The position numbers and the translations under genes were made by a program. From Verrucomicrobiota bacterium (GTDB taxonomy: Bacteria; Verrucomicrobiota; Lentisphaeria; Lentisphaerales; Lentisphaeraceae), in NCBI GenBank assembly GCA_039798785.1, contig JBDKFG010000029.1, forward strand, positions 1-64,000: 64,000 nt of DNA, in the 5' to 3' direction. Below, piece after piece: positions 36,908 to 46,154 of this stretch (positions within the stretch are counted from its first letter, which is position 1; every line of letters begins with the position of its first letter). The notes beneath the pieces are model-generated. The model worked only from the letters and a program-made list of their open reading frames with translations, was not told the DNA's origin and did no database searches.

Positions 36908-37681
36908 ATGCCAAGCCAGCATCACGTTCCCAATCTCGAGCGCGGGATGAAAATCCTCGAGCATCTCAATCTTCATCCTGCCGGATTGACCCAGAAGGAG
37001 CTGGCGGTGCAGCTTGGCTATCCCGGCAACAGCGTCTTCCGGATCACCATGACCCTGCTTGAGCTCGGCTATCTCGACCGCGATCCGGCTAGCAAGGCCT
37101 TCCGGCTGACGCGCAAGCTGATGAGTGTCGGCAGCGCTTCCATCGGTGAGTATTCGATCATCGAAAAATCGCTGGAGGAGATGCGACTCCTGCGCGATCT
37201 GACGCGGGAGACCGTGCTTCTCGGCTCACTCCTGCCGACCACCGCGAAAGGCGTGGTGATGGAGCAGGTGCCCGGGCTTCACCCCTTCAAATTCCTTTTT
37301 GACGTCGGTTCGCCTGTGCTGCTCCATGTCGGCGCGCCGGGAAAGTGTCTCCTCGCCTTCCAACCTGAAAAGGAATGCCGGGATCTGCTGGGGCGGATCG
37401 ATTACCAGGTTTTCACGTCCCGGACGCACGCCAGTGCCGCGTCGCTCCGCAAGGAACTGGCGGAGGTGCGCAAACTTGGCTATGCCGTCGATCGCGGTGA
37501 ATGGATGGAGGAGATGCATTGCGTCGGCGCCCCGATCTTCGACCACAACCGCCAAGTGGTGGCCGCTCTTTGGATCACCGGCCCCTCCAGCCGACTGCCT
37601 GAGAAGGAGATCCCCAGGCTGGGCGAGCTGATCCGCAATTCCTGCCTGTCGATCTCTCGCTCGATAGGTTACCGTGCCTGA
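36908..37681 (+). CDS. IclR-family transcriptional regulator
   Basis: VPNLERGMKILE HTH; ETV; H..APGK.LLAF; GYAVD.GE......CVGAPIFD. Confidence 0.95.
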   Translation: MPSQHHVPNLERGMKILEHLNLHPAGLTQKELAVQLGYPGNSVFRITMTLLELGYLDRDPASKAFRLTRKLMSVGSASIGEYSIIEKSLEEMRLLRDLTRETVLLGSLLPTTAKGVVMEQVPGLHPFKFLFDVGSPVLLHVGAPGKCLLAFQPEKECRDLLGRIDYQVFTSRTHASAASLRKELAEVRKLGYAVDRGEWMEEMHCVGAPIFDHNRQVVAALWITGPSSRLPEKEIPRLGELIRNSCLSISRSIGYRA

Positions 37682-37768
37682 AAAGGATGGCGCGGGATTT
37701 CCTGGCTTCTCCGGGTTTGCGGTGGCCCGAGGATCCCCCTCCCGGCGCTGCTTGTTGCGGCCGGTTAG

Positions 37769-39643
37769 TTAACCTTCTCGATCCTCATCCTCGGGCTGGA
37801 TGTCCTGAGCCTCCCGATCCTCCTCGTCCCCGGGATTTTCGCGAGCGAACTTCGAGCCGGAGTAGAGCTCGTAGGAGCAGAGGCGCCCTTCAAGGCCGCC
37901 GTTGGAGAGCGGCATCTTGCGGGTCGGCTTGAGGCCGGTGTGGAAGAGCAGCTGCGGCTCACCGAAGTAGACGAAGGCCTTCGAGCCGGGGCATTTGAAC
38001 TTGAGGAAGTCGCCGAGCTCCTTGCAGAAGGCTTCCATCGGGTCCTGGCCGGGGGCGAGGGGCGCCTTGGTCAAGGGATCGAGACGGATGCCGTAGGGCG
38101 GGTTGATCAGGATCGTCGATTCCGGCTGTTCGGGCAGGTCCTGGAAGGGGATCTGGCGGAATTCGATCTGGTCGCCGCCGGGCAGCAGGGCGGCGTTGGC
38201 GCGGGCGTTGGAGATGGCGCGGGCGTCGCAGTCGGAGGCGAAGATCAGGCCGGGCGGCAAGGGACGGATGGCGGCGGCGGCATCATCCTTGACCTTCTGC
38301 CACAGGGCGGAGTCGAAGTCGGGCAGGAGCATGTGGCCCCAGCGCGGACGCAGGTAGCCGCCGGGGATGCGGCAGTAGTCCATCATCGCCTCGATGGCGA
38401 GGGTGCCGGCGCCGCACATCGGGTCGAGCAGCGGGCGTTCGCCGCCCCAGCCGGAGAAGCGGACGATGGCGGCGGCGAGGGTCTCCTGCATCGGCGCTTC
38501 GCCGGCGAGCTTGCGGTAGCCGCGACGGTGCAGCGAGCCGCCGCCGAGGTCGAGGTTGACGCGGGCCTTGTTCTGCGAGATGTGGAGGTTGATCAGGACG
38601 TCGGGGTTCTCGGTGTCGACCGAGGGACGCTCGCCGCAGGCGTCGCGGAAGTAGTCGCAGATGGCGTCCTTGAGGCGCAGGGCGGCGAACTGCGAGTGGG
38701 TGATCTTCGAGTTGCCGACGTTGGCGACGATGGCGAAGGTGTTGGCCGGGGTCATCAGCGAGCCCCACTCCATCCGCCGGGCGTTGTCGTAGAGCTGGTC
38801 GGGGTGGTGGGCGTCGAAGCGGTGCAGCGGCGCGATCAGGCGGGCGAGGAGGCGGTTGCCGTAGAGGATGCGGTAGAGGATCTCGTTGTTGCGGGCGGTG
38901 AAGCTGATCTCGCGGAAGGCGGTCAGGTCGACGTCGCGGGCGCCGAACTCGACCAGCTCCTTGGCGGCGATGCCCTTGAACTCCTCCGGCACCAGGGCCG
39001 AGAAGCTGCGGTGCTTCATGTAGCGGAAGATGCTGTCCTCTTCCGGCGGGGCGGCGGTGGAGCGGACCGGAGCAGTGCCGTAGACGCGGGGACGCGGGGC
39101 GGGCGCCTCCTCCTCGTCGAACTTGTAGCGTTCGCTGCGGTGCTTGAAGTTGGGATCGCGGGGTTTGAAGACCAGGTCGTCGCTGGGTTTGTAGGCGTTG
39201 GGATCGTCCTTCCACGACGAGGGATCGACGCGGGGACGCGGCGGCGCTTCGTCGCGGCGCGGCCCTTCTCTGCGCTCATCGCGAGCATGAGGCTGGTCCT
39301 GGCGGACGCCATAGCCGCTGCCGGCGCCGTCGCGGGGCGCATAGGCCGGGCGCTCTTCGATCGGGGTGTAGGGGCTCGGTTTGCGCGGCTGGAAGGGGGT
39401 GATCTGGCGCGGCGCCTGTTCGCGCTCGTAGCCGCCACGCTCTGGGCGCGGCGCTTCATCGCGACGCGGGAAGGCCGGGCGCTCCTCCTGGGGCCGCCGG
39501 AATCCTTGCGGCGCTTGATCGTTGCGCTCATCGCGACGTGGGAAGGCCGGGCGATCCGGCCGGTCCGGCGTGCCGCGCAAGGGGAAGGCCGGGCGATTCG
39601 GACGCGGACCCTCGTCGCGAGGATCCTTCTGGAAACCGGACAT
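37769..39643 (-). CDS. THUMP-domain rRNA methyltransferase (RlmL-like) with long R/D/P-rich N-terminal extension
   Basis: THUMP region; SLHRRGYR....APMQETLAAA; DPMCGAGT; NPPYG. Start MSGFQKD follows GAGGA. Confidence 0.88.
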   Translation of the reverse strand: MSGFQKDPRDEGPRPNRPAFPLRGTPDRPDRPAFPRRDERNDQAPQGFRRPQEERPAFPRRDEAPRPERGGYEREQAPRQITPFQPRKPSPYTPIEERPAYAPRDGAGSGYGVRQDQPHARDERREGPRRDEAPPRPRVDPSSWKDDPNAYKPSDDLVFKPRDPNFKHRSERYKFDEEEAPAPRPRVYGTAPVRSTAAPPEEDSIFRYMKHRSFSALVPEEFKGIAAKELVEFGARDVDLTAFREISFTARNNEILYRILYGNRLLARLIAPLHRFDAHHPDQLYDNARRMEWGSLMTPANTFAIVANVGNSKITHSQFAALRLKDAICDYFRDACGERPSVDTENPDVLINLHISQNKARVNLDLGGGSLHRRGYRKLAGEAPMQETLAAAIVRFSGWGGERPLLDPMCGAGTLAIEAMMDYCRIPGGYLRPRWGHMLLPDFDSALWQKVKDDAAAAIRPLPPGLIFASDCDARAISNARANAALLPGGDQIEFRQIPFQDLPEQPESTILINPPYGIRLDPLTKAPLAPGQDPMEAFCKELGDFLKFKCPGSKAFVYFGEPQLLFHTGLKPTRKMPLSNGGLEGRLCSYELYSGSKFARENPGDEEDREAQDIQPEDEDREG

Positions 39644-39645
39644 GC

Positions 39646-41409
39646 TTATTTCCTCCGCAGCACCGCGGCGTAGGCGCCGTCGTGGTCTTCGCAGGGGAGG
39701 AGCTGGCGTTCTTCGATCAGTTCGAAATGGCTGTTGCGCTGCAGGAAGGCCTGCACTTGCTGGGTGTTCTCCTCCGGCTCGATTGAGCAGGTGGAGTAGA
39801 CCAGGCGGCCGCCGCGTTTGACGACGACGCAGGCGCCGTCGAGGATCTTGCCTTGCAGGGCGACCAGCTCGTCGAGCTTGCCGGGGCCCTGGTTCCACTT
39901 GGCGTCGGGCTTGCGACGGAGGACGCCGGTGTTGGAGCAGGGGACGTCGAGGAGGACGGCGTCGAGGCTGCCCTCGTCGAACTGCGGCTTGGAGGCGTCG
40001 CCCTGGCGGATTTCGACGTTGGAGTAGCCGTCGAGGTTGTCCTTGAGGGTGAAGAGGCGTTCACGCGAGTGGTCGCAGGCGATGACGTGGCCCTTGGCTC
40101 CGACGCGTTCGGAGATGACGATGGCCTTGCCGCCGGGCGCGGCGCAGAGGTCGGCGATGGTCTCGCCGCGCTGCGGGTCGAGGAGGTGGATGGGCAGCAG
40201 GGTGGCGGCATCCTGGAAGTAGAAATTGCGGGCGGCGTCGGAGCGCAGGAAGGTCTGGGCTTCGACGACGCGGTAGAGGCGTTCGCCTTCTGCCCAGTCC
40301 ATGCTCGGCATGGCTTCGAGGCCGGCGGCGGCCGAGTTCGGGCTGTTGGCGAGGGCGCGGGCGGTCACCGGGGCCGGCAGGCGGATGAGGTCGGCGATCT
40401 CGCGGGTCTTGTCGGCGCCGAAGCGGGCGGTCCAGCGCGATTCGAGCCAGGAGCCGAGGTCGAGGTCCTTCATCGCCAGGTTGCGCAGCTGGTCGCGCTC
40501 TTCGACGGCGCGGCGCAGGACGGCGTTGAGGAAGCCGGCCTGGCGGCTGTCGAGGGTCTGGTTGGCGACGCGGACGGCGCAGTCGACGGCGAGGGCGGGG
40601 TGGAGGCCGTCCTGGAAGAGGATCCAGGCGAGGGCGGGGCGGAGGATGCGCAGGACGCGCGGCGCCGGCTGGCGGGGGCAGAGGTGGCCGATGGCGCGGT
40701 CGATGCCGCCGCGGCGGCGGAAGACGAGGCGGCAGAGGTGGCGGGTCTGCTCGACCGCCGGATCGTCGGCCGGCAGGCTGCGGCGCAGCTCGGTGGAGTG
40801 CAGGTCGAACTGCGGCAGCTCGTCCCAGCGGCCGAGCAGCTGCGACGAGTACATCAGGGTGGAGTCCTGGACGCTGGTGCGCACCGGACGCTCTTCGCGG
40901 GGCTCTTCGCGGCGGAAGCGGGGATCCTCGTAGTCGTCCTGGGGCGGGCGGGAGTCGCGGAAACGCGGGCCTTCGTCGCGGAAGCGGGGAGGGGGGGCGT
41001 CGCGGCGGGGGCCTTCGTCGCGGAAGCGTGGGCCTCGAGGAGCTTCGTTGTGGAAGCCGCCGGGGCCCTCGTCACGACGAGGGAAAGCGGGGCGTCCCTG
41101 GCGCGGGGCTTCGTCGCGGAAACGCGGGCCGTCATTGCGGAAGCCGCCGTCGTCGCGGCGAGGGAAGGGGCTGCGTTCACCGCCGTCGTCGCGGAAGCGT
41201 GGGCCTCGAGGAGCTTCGTTGCGGAAGCCGCCGTCGTCGCGGCGGGGGAAAGCCGGGCGTTCCTGGCGCGGGCCGTCGTTGCGGAAGCCGCCGTCGTCGC
41301 GGCGGGGGAAGGCCGGGCGTTCGCCGCGGTCTTGACCCTCCTGACGCGAGGGGGATTGGCTGCGGAAGGGATTGAAGCCGCGGCGGGGCGGACGGTTGTC
41401 ACTGTTCAT
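39646..41409 (-). CDS. rsmB: RsmB/NOP-family RNA m5C methyltransferase with NusB-like domain and repetitive N-terminal extension
   Basis: GFLNAVLR; FQDAA; DLCAAPGGK; LLDVPCSNTG..RRKPD; LVYSTCS..PEEN. Confidence 0.85.
   Translation of the reverse strand: MNSDNRPPRRGFNPFRSQSPSRQEGQDRGERPAFPRRDDGGFRNDGPRQERPAFPRRDDGGFRNEAPRGPRFRDDGGERSPFPRRDDGGFRNDGPRFRDEAPRQGRPAFPRRDEGPGGFHNEAPRGPRFRDEGPRRDAPPPRFRDEGPRFRDSRPPQDDYEDPRFRREEPREERPVRTSVQDSTLMYSSQLLGRWDELPQFDLHSTELRRSLPADDPAVEQTRHLCRLVFRRRGGIDRAIGHLCPRQPAPRVLRILRPALAWILFQDGLHPALAVDCAVRVANQTLDSRQAGFLNAVLRRAVEERDQLRNLAMKDLDLGSWLESRWTARFGADKTREIADLIRLPAPVTARALANSPNSAAAGLEAMPSMDWAEGERLYRVVEAQTFLRSDAARNFYFQDAATLLPIHLLDPQRGETIADLCAAPGGKAIVISERVGAKGHVIACDHSRERLFTLKDNLDGYSNVEIRQGDASKPQFDEGSLDAVLLDVPCSNTGVLRRKPDAKWNQGPGKLDELVALQGKILDGACVVVKRGGRLVYSTCSIEPEENTQQVQAFLQRNSHFELIEERQLLPCEDHDGAYAAVLRRK
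40960..41325 (-). repeat. Coding tandem repeats encoding RPAFPRRDDGGFRN / GPRFRDE
   Basis: Near-identical units 60 bp apart at about 41221-41262 and 41281-41322 (gcggaagccgccgtcgtcgcggcgggggaa), plus further degenerate copies. Confidence 0.85.
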
Positions 41410-41515
41410 GGGATGCCTTGTGGTTTTTCTGTTGTCGGTCGATGAAGTTCGGCGATTCGTCTGAATTTGCAAACTCAACGGCGAAAGAGGCGAAGGGGAA
41501 AATTGGCGGCGGTGT

Positions 41516-41866
41516 CTAGAATCTCAGCCAAGTCCACAAGGATGGAAATCGGCTGAGCGGCGGATAGAGGGAGCGAAAGGACAATCGACTTGTCCTGCCA
41601 TGGCAAAAGTCGTCGTATCCACCTGAGAAAGTCTCTTGCCTCTGCCCTTTGAGGTCCTGAATCGAGAACTTGATCTCCTGCCAGATCAGCGGATCGCGAA
41701 GCAAAGTTGAAGCCGCCCCGTCAACGGGCTCGACTCGATAAGAATACCAGAACATGTCTTCGGCTGCCGGTTCAAACAAAGTGGCCAGATGTTTGCCGTC
41801 GACATAGAGATGAAAAACGGGTTGCGTCCGATCAAAACCCTCGAGCTTGAGGCTCGCTGGCCTCAC
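41516..41866 (-). CDS. Hypothetical protein
   Basis: 116-aa ORF with protein-like composition; GTGA overlap with the upstream ORF; GGAGGA RBS. Confidence 0.6.
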   Translation of the reverse strand: MRPASLKLEGFDRTQPVFHLYVDGKHLATLFEPAAEDMFWYSYRVEPVDGAASTLLRDPLIWQEIKFSIQDLKGQRQETFSGGYDDFCHGRTSRLSFRSLYPPLSRFPSLWTWLRF

Positions 41867-42180
41867 TCCTCCGGCTCCTGCTGGAAGGCGCTCAGGGGGT
41901 AGCTCTTGCGTTCGATCAAGGGCGGCTGGCCGTGGCGGACGGTGACGCTCTGCACTTCGACTACCGCTTCGTCGCCGTCGTGGCTGATGCTCATCGCGTT
42001 GAGGCTGAGGACCTGGTCGCGGCCGGCACCGCTGCAGCTCAGGCTGGCGAAGCCGCAGGCGGGATTGTCGCCGCCGCTGACGGACACCGTCGCGGCTTCA
42101 TAGCTGTCGGCATGCTGTTTCACCGCGGCCGCCTGGAGGCGGCCGTCGGGGCCGAGATCGACGGTTGTCTTGATGGCCAT
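41863..42180 (-). CDS. Hypothetical protein
   Basis: 105-aa ORF with genome-like codon usage, coupled to the downstream ORF. Confidence 0.6.
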   Translation of the reverse strand: MAIKTTVDLGPDGRLQAAAVKQHADSYEAATVSVSGGDNPACGFASLSCSGAGRDQVLSLNAMSISHDGDEAVVEVQSVTVRHGQPPLIERKSYPLSAFQQEPEE

Positions 42181-42312
42181 CAGCGAGCAAGCCGAGGTTG
42201 AGAGGTGGAAAGTTTGAAAGCTTGAAGCGCGGGGGCATCTTCAGCCTGTGCTGGATTCGCTTCTGCCGAATTGTGGTGCTGCCTGCTCATCTTTGCTCTC
42301 CCGCTTTGCCTT

Positions 42313-42792
42313 TCAGGCTTTCGAGTTTTCCTCTGCGGCTTCCGCAAGGAGCTGCCCGGCCTCGGGCAGCAGACGAAGGACGCGTTCGGTGTAGCCGGGG
42401 TCTGGGCAATAGGTCGGGATGATGGCTCCGAGGTAGCTGGCGGCGTCGCGCGACTGGTCCTTCCAGCCTTCGTAGGGCTTGCGCTCCATGAAGCGCCAGT
42501 AGCCGCGGATGAAAGCCTCGGGAGAGGCGAAAGCGCAGTAGTCGCAGCGGCCGTCGTGTGCGTCATAGCTGACTGGTTCGGCATGGCCGGCCATCTCTGT
42601 CCGCCATTTCAGGCCGGCGAAATTGAAATGATCGCGAGCGAGAGCCGATTCTCCCCGTCCCGATTCAAGCAGCCATTGCGCCAAGGTCACCGCCTTGAGA
42701 AAGGGGAACTCGATTTCCTCTTTCGCATAGGCGGCGGCGAGGCGGCGGAGCAGCGGCGAAGGAGACGGAATTACTTCTTGCACTCTTTGCAA
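42313..42792 (-). CDS. Glucosaminidase-domain (GH73/FlgJ-like) peptidoglycan hydrolase
   Basis: LAQWLLESGRG.S.LA...FNFAGLK...Y..F.S.E.FI..Y...Y..Y CPDPGY. Start codon uncertain. Confidence 0.82.
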   Translation of the reverse strand: MQRVQEVIPSPSPLLRRLAAAYAKEEIEFPFLKAVTLAQWLLESGRGESALARDHFNFAGLKWRTEMAGHAEPVSYDAHDGRCDYCAFASPEAFIRGYWRFMERKPYEGWKDQSRDAASYLGAIIPTYCPDPGYTERVLRLLPEAGQLLAEAAEENSKA

Positions 42793-43190
42793 TCCTCGTC
42801 CTCATCCTCGCCCTCGCCCTCGTCGCCGTCGACCGGGACGCGGATGACAGTGCCGGGGCTGAGTTCTTTCAGTCCGGGATTGAAGGCTTGGATCGATTCG
42901 ACCGTGGTCTCGTATTTGGCAGCGATCGACTCCAGCGTGTCGCCTGGGGCGACTTCGTGGTCGAGCACTTCAATGCGGTCATCGCACTCGTGCTTGTCTT
43001 CGCCGCTGCGGTCGATCTCGTTGTTGACGTAGAGAGGCAGGAGACCGGCGGGTGCCTTTGGGCACTTGCAGAGCGAGCCGAGGAGGCCGAATTCGTAGCG
43101 GCTGCCCTGTTCGGTGTAGGTGGTGCGGGAGTAGGTCAGCGAGCAGCTGCTGGCGAGAAGGGCGGTGAGCGCGGCGGCGATCAGTTTCAT
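42771..43190 (-). CDS. LysM-domain lipoprotein
   Basis: Lipobox-like LASSC; HEVAPGDTLESIAAKYETTVESIQAFNP...L.PG.VIRVP; acidic tail ending CKECKK. Confidence 0.85.
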   Translation of the reverse strand: MKLIAAALTALLASSCSLTYSRTTYTEQGSRYEFGLLGSLCKCPKAPAGLLPLYVNNEIDRSGEDKHECDDRIEVLDHEVAPGDTLESIAAKYETTVESIQAFNPGLKELSPGTVIRVPVDGDEGEGEDEDEDCKECKK

Positions 43191-43211
43191 CGGGATTCTC
43201 CTGGATTGGGT

Positions 43212-45602
43212 TTACAGGCCGACTTTGAGGTCGGCACCGGCTTTGGGGTAGGCATTGAGGTAGAGCATGAACATGAAGAGCCATTCGTCCGGGCGGACTT
43301 CGTAGCGGATGCCGCCGGTCCAGCAGTGGAGTTGGCGCTGGTATTCGATCCAGTTGGCTATGGCGCGGCCTTCCTGCAGGTCGAGCTGCGTCCCGACTTC
43401 GACGAAGTTCTCGTCCCAGAGGCGCTTGCGGAGGACGGCGCGGAGGTAGTCGCCGGCGTCGTAGCGGCGGGCCCAAGGGCTGACCAGGCCGGCCGAGTTG
43501 ACGGTCGAGCCGAAGGACTGGATGTCGCGCGATTCGAAGTCGTTGCGGCGGATCCAGTGGAAGCTGGCCTGGAGGGTGTCGACGCTGCCGACGGCGAGGC
43601 CGGCGGAGAAGAAGTTGATCCGTCCGTCGTTGGAGTCGGCGAGGATGTCGGAATCGAATTTCAGCCAGGTGCTGGGGAGGTATTCGAGGCGGGTGCCGAA
43701 GTCGCCGAAGCCTTCCTCCGACTCCTCAGCGTTGAAGTGGAAGTCGACGTAGTTGTCGAGGGTGACGAGAGTGTGGATGTTGCCGTCGCGGCGGGTTTCG
43801 AGACGCTGCTGGACGCCGCTGCGCAGCCAGTGCTGCTTGATCAGGCGGTCGTTGGCGTCGTAGTAGTGGACGTTGTCGCGGTCGCCGCTGACCACCGGGA
43901 TGAAATTGTGGTTGGCGTAGGGCTGGACGACATGGCGGAGGCCGTCGACCCCGAGGGTCTTGTTGTAGGCGTCCATCCAGGAGTTGTAGAACTTGGTGGA
44001 GGCTTCGTAGCCGAGCTCGATCGCGCCGCGGGTGAGGGAGCCGCCTTCGCTGTCGTAGTTGTTGAGGGCGAGGCTGGGTTCGCGGAAGGGGTCGTTGGCG
44101 GCGAAGAGGCTGGAGAGCTGCTCGCCGGAGACCTCCTTGTCGGAGCTGTCGGAGTAGTGCTGGATGCGGAAGCCGGCGCGGGGCACCCATTTGAGGCCGA
44201 GGGCTTCGAATTCGGAGTAGAGGACGTGGGCGGTGTCGAGGCGGGTGCTTTCGTAGTCGGCCAGCTCCTTGTCGGCGGCGACCGGCTTGTCGAACTGGCG
44301 CCAGCGGGCGCGGAGTTCGGCGACGCTGTTGCGGCTGGTGTAGAGGAAGGGCGAATCGCCGAGGCGGAGGCGGGGCAGGTCGAAGCGGAGTTCGGGGACG
44401 CGTTCGACCGCCGATTCCCAGCGGGCGAGGCGGGGGGAGGCATTGAGCGACAGGGCCCAGTCCGGGGTCATGTATTCGAGGTCGCCGTAGTTGACGGCGG
44501 ATTCGTAATCGCGGCGGGTGTTGAGCATGCGGAAGTCGCGGCGGAAGGCGATGTCGCTCTCGGCGTCGAGGTGGAGGCGCCAGTTGAGCTCGGGGGTCAT
44601 TTCGTACTTTTGGAAGGCCTCGGCGTTCCAGCGGCCGTCGTCGTCGTTGTCGCGGGAGAAGCGGCCGTACCAGTCGCCGGAGCCTTTCATTTCCCCATAG
44701 GGCAGCCAGTAGCCCTGAGCCTTGGTGAAATGCTTGGGAGATTCGAGATCGAGACGGACGCCGCCGCCGGGGCCCTGCTTGAGGAAGTAGCCGCTGTCGA
44801 CGAAGGCCGTGCCTTTGAGGTCGCCTTTGCGCCAGAGCTTGAATTTGCGGCTGACGGTGATGAAGGGGCCGGTGCGGCTGGCCATGCCGCCGCGGACGAT
44901 GAAGTCGCCGTCGCTGACGTCGAGGTCGCTGGTCACCCAGGGCAGGTAGAAGAAGGGGACGCTGCCGGCGTAGAACTTGACGCCATAGGCGGTGATATCG
45001 CCTTCCTGGCTGATGACGAGGCGCTCGGCGACGAGGCGGTAGTGGGTGGGCAGGCCTTTGCAGAGGTGGTCGCAGGTGGTGAGGACGACGCCGCGCGCCT
45101 CCATGGCGCCGCTGGGAAGGGTCTGGGCTTCCGCGCCGAGGCTGTACCAGGGGGTGGCGTTGATGGCGTTGGCGCCGACCCGGAAGAGTCGGGTGCGGAG
45201 ATTGCCGGAGGCCTCTTCGGCTTTGACTTCGAATTCCTGCGGAACCGCGACGCCCTGGCCGTTGAGCTTCGTGGCTTCGGCGGCGAAGGCCCGGCCCTTG
45301 GCGACGATCTTGCCGCGGGCGACGAACTCGAGGCTTTCGGTGTCGATCTCGGCGTAGTCGCAGGAGATCCTGCCTTGGGGAGTGGTGATCAGGACGCCGC
45401 CGCGGAGGACGAAGCGCCGGGTCTTGATCTGGTATTCCGAGTGGGCGGCGCTGAGCTGGACGCCGGCGGCGTCGAGAGCGGAGGGGGCGCTGGCTTCATC
45501 GCTGCCGGCTTGGACGGGCCCCGAGATGACGGGTTCGGCGGCCTGGGCGGCGGAGGCGATTCCGGCGGCCAGGAGGACGGACATGAAACGGCGCAGAAGC
45601 AT
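43212..45602 (-). CDS. lptD: LPS-assembly outer membrane protein LptD-like
   Basis: Signal peptide; OstA-like N-domain; TTCD....HY...A......VPFFYLPW; ERVPELR; LRHVVQPY; HCW; about 800 aa, beta-rich. Confidence 0.82.
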   Translation of the reverse strand: MLLRRFMSVLLAAGIASAAQAAEPVISGPVQAGSDEASAPSALDAAGVQLSAAHSEYQIKTRRFVLRGGVLITTPQGRISCDYAEIDTESLEFVARGKIVAKGRAFAAEATKLNGQGVAVPQEFEVKAEEASGNLRTRLFRVGANAINATPWYSLGAEAQTLPSGAMEARGVVLTTCDHLCKGLPTHYRLVAERLVISQEGDITAYGVKFYAGSVPFFYLPWVTSDLDVSDGDFIVRGGMASRTGPFITVSRKFKLWRKGDLKGTAFVDSGYFLKQGPGGGVRLDLESPKHFTKAQGYWLPYGEMKGSGDWYGRFSRDNDDDGRWNAEAFQKYEMTPELNWRLHLDAESDIAFRRDFRMLNTRRDYESAVNYGDLEYMTPDWALSLNASPRLARWESAVERVPELRFDLPRLRLGDSPFLYTSRNSVAELRARWRQFDKPVAADKELADYESTRLDTAHVLYSEFEALGLKWVPRAGFRIQHYSDSSDKEVSGEQLSSLFAANDPFREPSLALNNYDSEGGSLTRGAIELGYEASTKFYNSWMDAYNKTLGVDGLRHVVQPYANHNFIPVVSGDRDNVHYYDANDRLIKQHWLRSGVQQRLETRRDGNIHTLVTLDNYVDFHFNAEESEEGFGDFGTRLEYLPSTWLKFDSDILADSNDGRINFFSAGLAVGSVDTLQASFHWIRRNDFESRDIQSFGSTVNSAGLVSPWARRYDAGDYLRAVLRKRLWDENFVEVGTQLDLQEGRAIANWIEYQRQLHCWTGGIRYEVRPDEWLFMFMLYLNAYPKAGADLKVGL

Positions 45603-45744
45603 GGGGATGGATTCCGGAATATTGATGAGGCGGGATTCCGGCAAGATAGTGGAGCGCCTTGCTTTGCCAAGCTAGACCGGGGGCGAGCAGGTGGCTTCCT
45701 AGTGCAAAACACCACGATTTCCTTCCGCCGGCGGGATTTGGACG

Positions 45745-45993
45745 TCAAAGTCCTTCCGCCGCCGCTTCGGCCGGGGTCAGGGTGCGGAGTCCGAGGGCGT
45801 GGACGCGGTCGGAGCCGAGGGCCTCCTTCAAGGGCGCGGTGACCAGGCGGTGCCGCTTCAGCAAGGGCAGGCCCTCGAACTGGCTGGCGATCACCAAGGC
45901 GCTGAAATGACGGCCGTCCGGGTCGTCGACGACGATGCGGGCGCCGGGCAGGGCCAAACGGATGCTCTCTTCGATCTCTTGGCGGGGATTCAT
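45745..45993 (-). CDS. BolA/IbaG family protein
   Basis: DGRHF..LVIA.QFEGL.LLKRHRLV...L.....VHAL.LRT.TP.E. Confidence 0.92.
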   Translation of the reverse strand: MNPRQEIEESIRLALPGARIVVDDPDGRHFSALVIASQFEGLPLLKRHRLVTAPLKEALGSDRVHALGLRTLTPAEAAAEGL

Positions 45994-46154
45994 GCGGGTC
46001 TTCCTCATTTCGACGGGCAAAGGTATCCCGCTTTGCGGCAGGCGCATCAGCGAAGACGGACAAAGGCCTCCTGTCATAAATTTGCATTTGGCCGCCCTCC
46101 GGGCCTAGAATGGAATCAGGCCGAATTTCGCCAACATCACTCCGGAGGATCCCG

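Noticed and set aside
40960..41325. Direct repeats as a CRISPR array
   Set aside because: The repeats are in-frame coding units without unique spacers, and no cas genes are present.
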